Virus record (IMG/VR): IMGVR_UViG_3300020400_000007
Coordinates: 1-59,818 of that record
Length of the DNA: 59,818 nt
Strand: one strand, 5' to 3'
Origin: a virus
Taxonomy: Duplodnaviria > Caudoviricetes
Position numbers and translations under genes: made by a program. The notes under the pieces are model-generated. The model did not search any database. It had not been told where the DNA came from and worked only from the letters and a program-made list of their open reading frames with translations. This document shows, piece after piece, positions 9,869 to 19,781 of this stretch. The first letter of the stretch is position 1; the number at the start of each line of letters is the position of its first letter.

Positions 9869-10500
9869 ATTTCTATCCTTAATTTTACTCTACGTAAATC
9901 GCTTTCCGGATTACATACTGGAATACGTCCATAGTGTCTATAATAATTAATTAGCATCTGCATCTCTGCATTCTTTACTAAACTATTATGCATAGGCAAA
10001 TATGCTTGATATACGTAATCTATGTATTCCTTGCCTATCTTTTCTTTAAATGCAGTACCACAACCGTATGGTGATAAACGATCATTACGCACAGTTCCCT
10101 TGAAATCTGTACGTCTACCTAACATACAGTTTCTAGTGGTAGCTCTGCTTTCGCCTATGTAGATAACACCACTATGAACAATGTCTACTTCTTGCGGTGG
10201 TCCGTCTTTGAACATACCATACAAATAACAACCTGCATCTTTTTTATCAAAGCCCCAACTTGGATCATATTTTTCATCTATGTGATGCCATTTTGTAAAT
10301 TTATCAAAAGCAGGAGCGGCCAACATATATTTTTGCGTTGTAAGATAATTCTTACCACCATGCTCATATACTTTTTTAAGTGTGTATGCAAAGTCTTCTA
10401 GATTAGGAATATTATCAAAGATCTTTACAAGTTGATCTTCTTTAAGCCCGTGTCCTCCAGAACCTTTAACAATATTTTCTGCTAACACTTTTGATTTCAT
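9865..10500 (-). CDS. GIY-YIG superfamily nuclease-like protein
   Basis: GCYLYG...VIYIGES...R, then AEMQMLINY...GRIPVCN (conserved E and N). Confidence 0.6.
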   Translation of the reverse strand: MKSKVLAENIVKGSGGHGLKEDQLVKIFDNIPNLEDFAYTLKKVYEHGGKNYLTTQKYMLAAPAFDKFTKWHHIDEKYDPSWGFDKKDAGCYLYGMFKDGPPQEVDIVHSGVIYIGESRATTRNCMLGRRTDFKGTVRNDRLSPYGCGTAFKEKIGKEYIDYVYQAYLPMHNSLVKNAEMQMLINYYRHYGRIPVCNPESDLRRVKLRIEI

Positions 10501-11087
10501 TTTATAACCTCATACATATATTTTTCAAATCGTTTGATAGTATACACTCCAATTGGTTCATTGTCAAACTCAAATTTATCACTAAACGGCACAACAATAT
10601 ACTTGCCATCTACCAATTTGTCAAATGTAAATTTAATTGTTTTGTACAAAATGTTTGGATCGTCTTTCTTTGTACAACTAAAACTAAACCTGCTATTGCC
10701 CAAACTTATTTTTTGTGCTAGTATGTTTTCATACAATTCACCGCCAATGGTAACTTTCCAACAAGTATCTTTTACATTTTTTGTAATTGTTATATCTGCA
10801 TTTTTAATCTGTTTGTTTGGCACTTCATATATCAAGTCATCTACATAATAACTATCAATATCATGGTTAGCTCTTTGTCTAAGTTCATATGTTTTTGATC
10901 TTTTTAAATAATGCACATAATAAAATTGCATACTGTCTCTGCCCTCTAAAATAGGTTTTACATCTTCTTCAGCAACTGGTATGTAAGAACCTTGGGTTGG
11001 TTTTTCATTGGGCAGAGACAATAGCTCCCCTGTGTCTGGATTGAACACAGCGAATCTCTCATGTTTTACTGTTATTGACAGTTTCAT
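10497..11087 (-). CDS. Hypothetical protein
   Basis: 196-aa ORF with 4-nt (ATGA) overlaps to both neighbours. Confidence 0.7.
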   Translation of the reverse strand: MKLSITVKHERFAVFNPDTGELLSLPNEKPTQGSYIPVAEEDVKPILEGRDSMQFYYVHYLKRSKTYELRQRANHDIDSYYVDDLIYEVPNKQIKNADITITKNVKDTCWKVTIGGELYENILAQKISLGNSRFSFSCTKKDDPNILYKTIKFTFDKLVDGKYIVVPFSDKFEFDNEPIGVYTIKRFEKYMYEVIK

Positions 11088-11917
11088 ATTTTTAAATATC
11101 TTTCGTATTTTTTAATTTTATTTTCGTCAAGGAATTCTTTTTCTGTGTAATGAAATATTCCCGACTGCAAATGATTGCCTATTTTTAATTGCAAATCATC
11201 TGTAAGATAAGAACCTATTCTGCTACGCCATGTAGCACTAGGATTCTTCCAACCTTGGATATGTGTTTTCATATGTGTGAATGTTGGAAACATTACACGT
11301 TTGTTTGTAATCTTGTCTTCACAATCTAATATCTTTGTCACAATGGCTGTGCTTGTATCAACACTTAAAAACTTTTGATACTGTTCTTTGGCATACTTGC
11401 CATAAAATAGTTCCCAGTTATTCATTACAAGTTCAAGCATTGTGTAAAAGTCTTTGGCAAAGTCACATTTTTTAAAATAATGAAAGCCGGCATATATGTT
11501 GGGCAGATCGTTTGCTTGGTATGTTTTGCGATAATAGTTGTCTACAACTGTATCTCCACGATAAGTTTGTACGTTGCTTACATAAAACACTTCGTAATTT
11601 TCTAAAAACTTCCACCAGCTGTCTAAATTTTGCAACACCAACATATCAGTATCCAACACAATGGTTTGATCATAAGGACTTGCATGATACAATTTCCATC
11701 TGTTGTCTACTTTCCAATCTTTGCTCTCTGCATCATCAGACCATGGTATAGGTTTGATAACATCAAACAATTCTGTGTACCTAGATGGCACTTTATCGTT
11801 GGTTATCAAACAAATGTTTGCTTCATTAGTAGCTTTAATACTCATAGCTAACGCACACGCCTGTTGTACGTAATCGTATTCGCTGTTTTGTGCTATTAAT
11901 ACAAATCCTTTAGTCAT
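11084..11917 (-). CDS. GT8-like glycosyltransferase
   Basis: ALAMSIK, SPYDQTIVLDTDML (DxD), late FTHMK. Confidence 0.7.
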   Translation of the reverse strand: MTKGFVLIAQNSEYDYVQQACALAMSIKATNEANICLITNDKVPSRYTELFDVIKPIPWSDDAESKDWKVDNRWKLYHASPYDQTIVLDTDMLVLQNLDSWWKFLENYEVFYVSNVQTYRGDTVVDNYYRKTYQANDLPNIYAGFHYFKKCDFAKDFYTMLELVMNNWELFYGKYAKEQYQKFLSVDTSTAIVTKILDCEDKITNKRVMFPTFTHMKTHIQGWKNPSATWRSRIGSYLTDDLQLKIGNHLQSGIFHYTEKEFLDENKIKKYERYLKI

Positions 11918-12077
11918 CTTTTTTCAAAATATATTTAATATTGCAATATCCACATATTGCTTCACCGTTCTTGAGTGTGTAATACACTTTAGGATGATCT
12001 CCATCTTCACCCATACAAGATATTTGTTCTTCTGTTACGTAAACAATTTTAAAACCGTTGTTATCTTGCTCAGACAC
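11910..12077 (-). CDS. zf-CHCC zinc-finger protein (NDUFS6-like domain)
   Basis: CMGEDGDHPKVYYTL...CGYC matches C-x-G...HPxVY...CxYC. Likely GTG start at 12077 overlapping the upstream stop. Confidence 0.75.
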   Translation of the reverse strand: MSEQDNNGFKIVYVTEEQISCMGEDGDHPKVYYTLKNGEAICGYCNIKYILKKDD

Positions 12078-12258
12078 TTTTGCTCCCAACTGGTTTACAT
12101 ACATATTCTATTGTGTCCCACTTACCGTCTGGTGGTATTTCCTTGTAGTATGTAAGCATGATGTTACATTCACGTTCGTTCTTGAACCATTGTACATCTT
12201 GCGTAAGACAATTACTACCTAAACATACAGTAAGTAATATATGCCACAAAAATTCCAT
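12070..12258 (-). CDS. Small Cys-containing hypothetical protein with hydrophobic N-terminus
   Basis: 62-aa ORF coupled to both neighbours; 4 Cys. Confidence 0.6.
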   Translation of the reverse strand: MEFLWHILLTVCLGSNCLTQDVQWFKNERECNIMLTYYKEIPPDGKWDTIEYVCKPVGSKSV

Positions 12259-13118
12259 TATAATTCTCCTCTATCAATAATCCTATTAAGACTAAACTTG
12301 TTCATTACGTGTACACTACTGCCTTTTATACGTAATGGTGTGTATTCCCCCAAATGATTTTGCTTTTCTAATAAAAAGAAAAAATTATCATCTTTCAAAT
12401 CCCATAATATATCTCTGTCTGCTGTATAATATTTTTTGCCAGGCAGTTTGTTGGCAAAGTTTCCTTTTTGATATCCATTCATTATGTGTATGGCAATACT
12501 AAACACATGGTCGTTTCTAAATATGCCTTTGTTTACTTGAAATATGCTGTTGTAGTGATCCCAGTTTTCCTGTATGTGTTGTGTAAGGTCAAAGTATATT
12601 TTGTTTTGTTCACATTTTGTAAAATATATAACAGTGGCCCAATAAAAATCTACACTTGTATCACTTATTTTTTGAAACTCATCTGTTTCCCTGTAATTTG
12701 TTAAATCCTTTGCGTCTTTGTAAATTAAAAAGTCATGGTCTGATGTAAAACAATGCTTAAACAGATCATTTGCAATGATATAATCACTGTCAAGCAAAAT
12801 TGTTTCGTCATATGGGCTTAGATCATATGCTTTTGTGCGTAGATCATTTTTAAATTGCAAGTGTTTGAATACTCCACTACCGTCAAAATACTTTTTAGTT
12901 GTAAATTGTGTCTGGTATGGTACTTCTATTACTTGGTCAAAAACTTCCTTGTAGTCTGTGTAAGTTTCTTCCAAATACTTTACACTATCAGTGACTATGC
13001 TTGTAGGTATATCTAAATAACGTCTAATTCTTTTTGCTGAAAAGTGTGCTTGTTTTATATAATCAATCTGAGCATTGTTTCTTGCAAAGATTAAAGCACC
13101 TTTATTTGTCTTCTTCAT
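12258..13118 (-). CDS. GT8-like glycosyltransferase, paralog of 11084..11917
   Basis: SPYDETILLDSDY (DxD), FRNDHVFSIA, VHVMNK. Confidence 0.7.
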   Translation of the reverse strand: MKKTNKGALIFARNNAQIDYIKQAHFSAKRIRRYLDIPTSIVTDSVKYLEETYTDYKEVFDQVIEVPYQTQFTTKKYFDGSGVFKHLQFKNDLRTKAYDLSPYDETILLDSDYIIANDLFKHCFTSDHDFLIYKDAKDLTNYRETDEFQKISDTSVDFYWATVIYFTKCEQNKIYFDLTQHIQENWDHYNSIFQVNKGIFRNDHVFSIAIHIMNGYQKGNFANKLPGKKYYTADRDILWDLKDDNFFFLLEKQNHLGEYTPLRIKGSSVHVMNKFSLNRIIDRGEL

Positions 13119-13464
13119 AATCTACCAACCCAGGAACTTTTCTCTTAGTCCTAATTTTTTCAAATTCGGCATGATATTCATTTGAAGATTGAAAGTAGAC
13201 ATCCATAATGTCATCAAAGAACTCATTTAGATCAGGTATTTTAACAGGTATATCATTATCATCAATGATAGGGATATTTGTTGTGTCACCTTTTTCACAT
13301 AGCATACCTACAAAAGACAACAATTCACTTGTTACGGAAAATTGTCCACCATTGTAGTAGTGTATCCTGTTTTCAAAATACTGTTCTTTGAGTACTCTTT
13401 TTTGGTTATTAAGAGTAACCATGTAATTTGAAAATTCTAATGCTTTTTGTAATCTTTCATCCAT
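13102..13464 (-). CDS. Hypothetical protein (possibly fibre assembly chaperone)
   Basis: 120-aa ORF directly after the fibre genes, with its own CTAAATA upstream (13487-13493); function inferred from position. Confidence 0.6.
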   Translation of the reverse strand: MDERLQKALEFSNYMVTLNNQKRVLKEQYFENRIHYYNGGQFSVTSELLSFVGMLCEKGDTTNIPIIDDNDIPVKIPDLNEFFDDIMDVYFQSSNEYHAEFEKIRTKRKVPGLVDYEEDK

Positions 13465-13509
13465 AGTAATATCCAGTTGCTACTACTATTTAGATAAAAA
13501 AGGTAGGTG

Positions 13510-14400
13510 TTAGGTTAAGTTTGAACCTGCGTTTGTTTGGTAAGTTGGTGTTGGAACAGCAACATATGAACCTGTTGCTCTAAATTGAGTAACTGTACTT
13601 GTCAATACACCTTCAACGTCCTCATCGTAGTTAGGATTTCCTGTGTTTGCATCGTTGAATTCTGCTCTCATTTGTATTTGATTGTTGCCAACAAGTCTTG
13701 CTTGTAACGTATAGTTGTTGGCCGCATACAAACCAGTACCATTTTTAGTAAACACGTCTTGGAAAGATGTTGTTAGATCATGAAATCCAACAGTTGTACC
13801 TGATCCAGAACCAGTAGCACTTGTTGAAGTGTAACCCATTTTAACTGTACCCATGTTTGACAACATGGTCATCCAGTCTAATGTTTTTGCTGGTGGACTA
13901 TTTTTAGCAATATTTGCCGCTGTACGTATTTCTCCACCTGCATTGAAAAAATGTCTTCTGTGATTTGCGTCAACGAATGTAACATCAAACAAGTGTACCA
14001 ATGTACCGTTCCAGTTAATTGAATATGTTGCTGAAATGGCCGCTTCTGCTGTACCTTGTGATGAGTGTATTTGAAACTTTTCGTTCTCTAATGTAGTTGT
14101 AAGATTTTCAAATTGTGCAACACCCTTTTTATTAATTGTGTCGCTGTCTAAAATGATGTCTGTGTTTCCGATGATTGCTATCTCTGTTGGTGTTGTACCT
14201 GTTTGGTGTACTCTACCATTTGCAATATCATCATACAAGGTAGACATATCAGTTGCGTTTACTGTTGCACTTGCGGCAACCTGAGCGGAATTTAATGTTT
14301 GACCATAACCGTCATCACCTGAACCGACTCCCATTACCGTAGCTACTCTTGATTGCAAGTTGTTGTACCTTGCCGCTGTAATAATATCACCAATTGCCAT
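13510..14400 (-). CDS. Virion structural, fibre-associated protein
   Basis: Thr/Gly/Ser/Asn-rich; RHFFNAGGEIR; lies in the tail operon. Confidence 0.65.
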   Translation of the reverse strand: MAIGDIITAARYNNLQSRVATVMGVGSGDDGYGQTLNSAQVAASATVNATDMSTLYDDIANGRVHQTGTTPTEIAIIGNTDIILDSDTINKKGVAQFENLTTTLENEKFQIHSSQGTAEAAISATYSINWNGTLVHLFDVTFVDANHRRHFFNAGGEIRTAANIAKNSPPAKTLDWMTMLSNMGTVKMGYTSTSATGSGSGTTVGFHDLTTSFQDVFTKNGTGLYAANNYTLQARLVGNNQIQMRAEFNDANTGNPNYDEDVEGVLTSTVTQFRATGSYVAVPTPTYQTNAGSNLT

Positions 14401-14403
14401 TGA

Positions 14404-15894
14404 TTAAACCTTTAATAATACTTCAACTAATTTTTCTTCTTCGTCTTCTTTAGTTTCTAATGCAATACCAATCACTTGTCCGTCATCATGTATCTGTGTT
14501 CCTATACCATCAACGTTTGCATAGATTGGCTTACCTTTAAAAATTGGTCCTGTTGTTCTTACAGGCACTCTTCCTTTAAGTGCAACTGCTTGTCCTTCTG
14601 CTTCAGCGTTCATTAAGAAAGCTGGTTTCTCAGAAATAACACCTACTGGAACATCGTCCATCTCACATGGTTTTAATTCTGCATCTATTTCAGCATCTTC
14701 TAATCCATCTGCAACTGCAACAATAGTTCCTATTGCTAGATCACCTGTTGAAGTTGTGTATTTCTCTGCCAAGTCAGCGTATTGTGCCTGAGTCGCTGTA
14801 CCTGTAAACAAGTTTGCTACCAAGTTTCCTGATCCATCTCTTACTGCAACTGTGTTGTTTGTTGCCGCAGTTGATCCTGAACGGAAGTTTGCACCTACTT
14901 GTAGTGTTGCCGCCTGTGTTGCAGTTCCACTAAATGAAGTTGCGTGTACTGTACTAAATGGTGCAGTATTTTTTCCTAAATTAAAAGTGTTTCCTAATGA
15001 AGGATGTAAACCTGTTGATTCTAATCTTACAGGCTCATGTACTGCGCCTTGTGAATCGTCTACCTTAAATTTAATCATTGTACCAACTTGGTTTTGTATT
15101 ACACCTTCGTTGTCATTTTCAATGAAAATCTTAAGATCGTTTGAGTCACCTATTGAAACACCTGCGTCTGCAAAGTTAACAAGTGAAGTAAATGAACCAG
15201 AACCTGCTAAAGCAAAATCTGATGCACTAAATCCGCCAAGTTTTAATGAGTTACTTGCTGTTCCCCAGTAGTAATCAGTAGTGCTTGTCACACCACCTGT
15301 TGCATTCATTGTGTTTCTTAATGTAATTCCTTTTTTAACAACGTCAAATCCTGTTACTGCGTTGCTTGGGTCTGTGCTATCAATAGTAAATGATACAGCA
15401 CTAATCATGAATATTACTTCGTCATTAACAATGGCTTGAATGACTAATCTGTTTGTGTTTGTAACATCTCTGATTGTAACTGATTTCATCTGTGTTACAG
15501 TTGTACCAGAACCTTGTGGGCCAATTAAAACAAATCCTGATCCGCTGTAAGCATATAATTGTTGGTTAGTTGAATCCCACCATAAATCACCTGAGGCTAA
15601 TCCAGCTGGTTGTGTAGCACTTACTTCAGCACCACCTGTTGTTCTAAATCTAGAACCGTCATAAAACTTTAATTTACTTGCAGTTGCATCAAACCAAATT
15701 TGCCCTGAAATTGCTTTTGGTGGTTGACTTGTTCCGCTAAAATTCTCTAATAAATGTAAAAAATTCTCATTTTGTATTTCACCATATCCAGCATAATTCT
15801 TACCAACAAGTTTGATATCAGTAGTTTGATCTACTGTACCATCTTCAACTGTTGTTAAAGTTACTCCGCTGTATCTGTCTATAGTATATGCCAT
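14404..15894 (-). CDS. Tail fibre-like protein with C-terminal intramolecular-chaperone-like domain
   Basis: Shared N-module GKNYAGYGE..NENFLHLLENF...GQIWFD; C-terminal YADLAEKY...GVISEKPAFLMN...VALKGRVPV. Confidence 0.75.
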   Translation of the reverse strand: MAYTIDRYSGVTLTTVEDGTVDQTTDIKLVGKNYAGYGEIQNENFLHLLENFSGTSQPPKAISGQIWFDATASKLKFYDGSRFRTTGGAEVSATQPAGLASGDLWWDSTNQQLYAYSGSGFVLIGPQGSGTTVTQMKSVTIRDVTNTNRLVIQAIVNDEVIFMISAVSFTIDSTDPSNAVTGFDVVKKGITLRNTMNATGGVTSTTDYYWGTASNSLKLGGFSASDFALAGSGSFTSLVNFADAGVSIGDSNDLKIFIENDNEGVIQNQVGTMIKFKVDDSQGAVHEPVRLESTGLHPSLGNTFNLGKNTAPFSTVHATSFSGTATQAATLQVGANFRSGSTAATNNTVAVRDGSGNLVANLFTGTATQAQYADLAEKYTTSTGDLAIGTIVAVADGLEDAEIDAELKPCEMDDVPVGVISEKPAFLMNAEAEGQAVALKGRVPVRTTGPIFKGKPIYANVDGIGTQIHDDGQVIGIALETKEDEEEKLVEVLLKV

Positions 15895-15923
15895 TGTTTA
15901 ACCCCTATGTAACTATTTATCTT

Positions 15924-17735
15924 TTACCACAGTCCGCCGCTACTACCCAGATCCGTGTCAAATACCCATGTTCCTGCTTGTACTTTATACCTTTTTAGCC
16001 CTCTTGCAACTGAGGAACTTACAGTACCAGAGGCATTATTGAACGCAATATCCTGCAATACACTCTCATTTTGCACACCATTGGCATCAACAGCAATAAA
16101 AGATTTGTTTGCAACGGAGTTAATGTTAATACCACTTACTGTTGCACCAGTTAATGTTGATGTTGGCACATAAGCATACGATCCTGTTTTCTTATTTGCC
16201 GCTGGATAAATGTCTTCAATAATTGTAGCAATATTGGCATTTGTTAATCCTGTAATATCTAATGGCACAATTACTGGTTCGTCATCAAGACTGTCATCTA
16301 CATAAAATTTAGTTGCCGCATCTTGATTGCTTGTAGGATTTGCCATTCCTGATATTTTTTGATTATTGGTAATTGTGATTGCACCATCACTTGTAATTTG
16401 CAATCCACCACCTGATGTTGAAATAGCATAATCATTTAACGTAATATTGTCTACACTCAAAGTTGTGAGTGTACCTATTTGTGTTAAACCTAATGCACTT
16501 GAAACCTGTGAACCTAAAGCAGTTTCATTTAAAACTTCATTGCCATTAACCTTGTAACCTTTTGTTGGTGCCAAGTCAATGTTTTCACTTGATGTCCAAG
16601 ATGCTGTGTTATTTCTCCAAAGAAATTCTTTGTCTAAATCTGAAGATTTTAATATAATACCACCGCCATCTACTGCGGCATTATTACCTGTTGTACTATC
16701 TGATTGAATTGCAAGTTCAATATTTTTATCTTCAATTCTTAAATTTTGTGTATCAATGCTTGTGGTTGTACCTTGTACAATTAATTGTCCGTCAATTTTT
16801 GCATCACCGCCTACGTGTAAAGTATACAATGGTTGTGATTTAAATATACCAACGTGACTTACATCTGTGTCAACAACTACTGCATCAACGTAACCTGTTG
16901 TTTTTCTAACTCTTACTTTCCAATCATGATTTGATAACTGATTTTCTGTTACGTATGAAGTACCAACAATTTTTTGTATGTTGTTTTGTGCTGTACCAAT
17001 TGTTAATCCGCCGGAGTTACTTACTGTTAATGTACCTATTGTAGTTCCATTTGAATCTGCTGGTAAAAGCTGTGCAGGTGTTCTTCTATTTCCTTGGCTG
17101 TCTGTTAGTGATAATGCAGAGTCTGACGTGCCTCTGTATTGAAAATTAGCACCGTCAATTAAATTAAAACCTTTTTTGATGTTACCAGTGATACCTGGAA
17201 CTGTGTAGCCAACTGCTGGAGTAAATTCTTCATTTGCAAATACTCCAATTAGATTGCCACCTATAAAAAATCTTATTGTTGTTTTACTGTTGTTTTGTGT
17301 ATCTAATGCTGTTACTGTTTCAAATCCTGACTTACCTTGTTGTGCAGTATAAACTGGACCTGCAAGTGTTAAGTCTGTACCATCATAAAAGTAAAGTTGA
17401 TTTGTTAAACTGTTAAGCCATAAATCTCCTGATACCATGTTAGCTGGTTCTGATTGTGATACAATAGGTCCACCACTTTCTTTAAATGATGTTCCGTCAT
17501 AAACTTTGATTCTAGCTGATGCTGTGTCATACCATAATTGTCCTTTAAGTGGTACTGACGGTGCAGAAGTGTTGGCAAAGTTTTCCAACATCTTAATTAA
17601 GTTTTCGTTTAAGGTTTCACCAAAGCCTGTATAATTTTTTCCAATCAGACCGATGGAAGTAGTTGTAGTATCTAATTGTCCGTCAACTAAATCTACTAAT
17701 AATGTTCCGTCTGTTTTGTTTAATTTATATCCCAT
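15924..17735 (-). CDS. Tail fibre/baseplate-associated protein (paralog family)
   Basis: Same N-module (GKNYTGFGETLNENLIKMLENF...GQLWYD); PTSNQDAATKFYVD fibre repeat. Confidence 0.75.
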   Translation of the reverse strand: MGYKLNKTDGTLLVDLVDGQLDTTTTSIGLIGKNYTGFGETLNENLIKMLENFANTSAPSVPLKGQLWYDTASARIKVYDGTSFKESGGPIVSQSEPANMVSGDLWLNSLTNQLYFYDGTDLTLAGPVYTAQQGKSGFETVTALDTQNNSKTTIRFFIGGNLIGVFANEEFTPAVGYTVPGITGNIKKGFNLIDGANFQYRGTSDSALSLTDSQGNRRTPAQLLPADSNGTTIGTLTVSNSGGLTIGTAQNNIQKIVGTSYVTENQLSNHDWKVRVRKTTGYVDAVVVDTDVSHVGIFKSQPLYTLHVGGDAKIDGQLIVQGTTTSIDTQNLRIEDKNIELAIQSDSTTGNNAAVDGGGIILKSSDLDKEFLWRNNTASWTSSENIDLAPTKGYKVNGNEVLNETALGSQVSSALGLTQIGTLTTLSVDNITLNDYAISTSGGGLQITSDGAITITNNQKISGMANPTSNQDAATKFYVDDSLDDEPVIVPLDITGLTNANIATIIEDIYPAANKKTGSYAYVPTSTLTGATVSGININSVANKSFIAVDANGVQNESVLQDIAFNNASGTVSSSVARGLKRYKVQAGTWVFDTDLGSSGGLW

Positions 17736-17744
17736 AGTCTATCC

Positions 17745-19778
17745 TTAACTTGCTAGAAATGTGTTTTCTCCTGCGTATATAATATAGTTTACAGTCATGT
17801 AAGGATTCATTATATTAAATGAATTACCTAAACTACTGTTTGTCAACACACCACCTGAAGTAGGATATGCCTGGCCTGCACCTGTGCCTGTTGGAGCATC
17901 ATAAGTTATACCCTGTGGATCGTTTGGAGTACCTGTTACATCTCTAATTGTGTAATATTGATCTCCACTTGGTCCTCTTAAATCGTGTTCGTGTTCTGGT
18001 AGATTGCCTGTTGATAAAGTTTGTGTTTGCTGTCCTGATACACTACCTAGTGTGTCTGCCGCTGAATCTGTAACAACATTTGCACTTCCACCGCCCATGT
18101 TATCTTTACCTAATGCAACTCTACCTCTTAAATCAGGTAAAGCAAATTTTCCTGCACTAACCAAAGATTGATCTTTAAATCCGTATTCTATTACATTAAA
18201 CAAATTTTGATAGTCTGCAATAAACACTTCTTGTCCATAACACAATAACCAATTAGCCGGAGCAACTGTGCCTCCATATGGAGTAATCATTCCTACTGGT
18301 AAAGTTGGTATTGCTTTGAACAGGTTTGTTCTTGATATTTTATAAACGCCTGTATCACCAGCTGTTCTGTTTATTAATAGTTCATCTGTTGATACTGAAT
18401 CTGAAACTTCTGTTTTATTACTAATGAAAGCATTTGAAATACTTGTTGTAAATGTTTTTGTTGAGGCATCCTGTCCATCAAAAGTAAATGAATTAGCAGT
18501 AACATCTCCTGTCATTTGGAATGTTGTAGAACTTGCTAATTTATCTGTTGAACCTGATCTACCTGATACTGTACCTGTTACGTTTCCTGTTAGGTTTCCT
18601 ACAAAATTTTGTGCATAAACATTTAACCATTGTTCGTTTGTTGTACCAAGATTTCTTGTTGTTGAAGCATTAGGTACAATGTTACCTGTTGTAAGTAAAC
18701 CAGCAACATTTGTGTCACTGCCTACAAAAAGTTTTTTAGCAATCCCAACACCACCTTTTGTAATAATACTTCCTGTGTTGATTGTTGTTGCGTCTGTTGT
18801 ACCGTCTACTAATAATGAATTAGAAACTTGTATGTTTCCTGTTACATCTAATGCTTGGTCTGGTGATAAATTATTAATTCCAACTTTTGCAGTTGAATCA
18901 ATTCTCATCACTGTTTCTGTTGTTCCGTTGTTGTTAACTCTTATGTCAATATTTGATCCTGAAGTTTGGTGACTAATTACACCAGCTTGTCCTTCAACAC
19001 CTACTGTCATAAAACTTGAAGCACCTACTGTGATACCACCGTTGTTTTTTACAGTGATAGGAAATAAACTTTGTGATAAAGCATCGTTACGTATAAAGTT
19101 ACTTGCAGGAATAGTTTCATTTCCAATTACAAGTGCTTCTGCTTTTTCCGCCACACCATAATATTTTCCTGCACCTGCTCCAGTAATATCTGCTGTGCTT
19201 AAATTAAATCCTGGCTTGATGGTTGTAAATCCTTGAATAGTTGTCTTTGGTGTAAATGCCGCTGTGGCATATATAGCCAATGTCTTTGCACTTACTTCTA
19301 CAATCAAACAAGTGTATGAAACATTGTTAGTTCCAACAATAGCTGTTGCTCTAACACCTGTTGAAAGTCCATCACTAAACGTTGGACCTACTAACACCCA
19401 ACCTGATCCTGTGTACAAGTAAAGTTGTTGATTGTCTGTGTCTACCCAAAGGTCACCTGTCACTGATTGTGCGGCACCTGGGGCATTGGTTGCTTTCTTT
19501 AATCCTGATGCACTTATCCAAGTTGTACCATCATAAAGTTTTAATTGATCAACACCTGGTGTATTATCATACCAAAGTTGTCCTTCAACTGGATTGCCTG
19601 GTGCTGAACTATTTGTAAAATTCTCTAATAGATGTAAAAAGTTTTCAGCAATGGCTGTACCATATGCCGTTGTATTTCTACCTGGTATTGACAAAGACGT
19701 TTGTTGGTTGATAGTATTGTCTTCAACACTAATACTACCTTTATTAGCAACGTCTGTGTAATTTACAGTATAAGCCAT
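17745..19778 (-). CDS. Short tail fibre-like protein with phage tail collar domain
   Basis: Shared N-module; collar motif PVGMITPYGG..WLLCYGQ..FALPDLRGR; tip LPEHEH..NPYMTVNYIIY. Confidence 0.82.
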   Translation of the reverse strand: MAYTVNYTDVANKGSISVEDNTINQQTSLSIPGRNTTAYGTAIAENFLHLLENFTNSSAPGNPVEGQLWYDNTPGVDQLKLYDGTTWISASGLKKATNAPGAAQSVTGDLWVDTDNQQLYLYTGSGWVLVGPTFSDGLSTGVRATAIVGTNNVSYTCLIVEVSAKTLAIYATAAFTPKTTIQGFTTIKPGFNLSTADITGAGAGKYYGVAEKAEALVIGNETIPASNFIRNDALSQSLFPITVKNNGGITVGASSFMTVGVEGQAGVISHQTSGSNIDIRVNNNGTTETVMRIDSTAKVGINNLSPDQALDVTGNIQVSNSLLVDGTTDATTINTGSIITKGGVGIAKKLFVGSDTNVAGLLTTGNIVPNASTTRNLGTTNEQWLNVYAQNFVGNLTGNVTGTVSGRSGSTDKLASSTTFQMTGDVTANSFTFDGQDASTKTFTTSISNAFISNKTEVSDSVSTDELLINRTAGDTGVYKISRTNLFKAIPTLPVGMITPYGGTVAPANWLLCYGQEVFIADYQNLFNVIEYGFKDQSLVSAGKFALPDLRGRVALGKDNMGGGSANVVTDSAADTLGSVSGQQTQTLSTGNLPEHEHDLRGPSGDQYYTIRDVTGTPNDPQGITYDAPTGTGAGQAYPTSGGVLTNSSLGNSFNIMNPYMTVNYIIYAGENTFLAS

Positions 19779-19781
19779 TTA

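Noticed and set aside
13510-19778. Diversity-generating retroelement acting on fibre tips
   Set aside because: No reverse transcriptase and no adenine-mismatched TR/VR repeat pair noticed in this window
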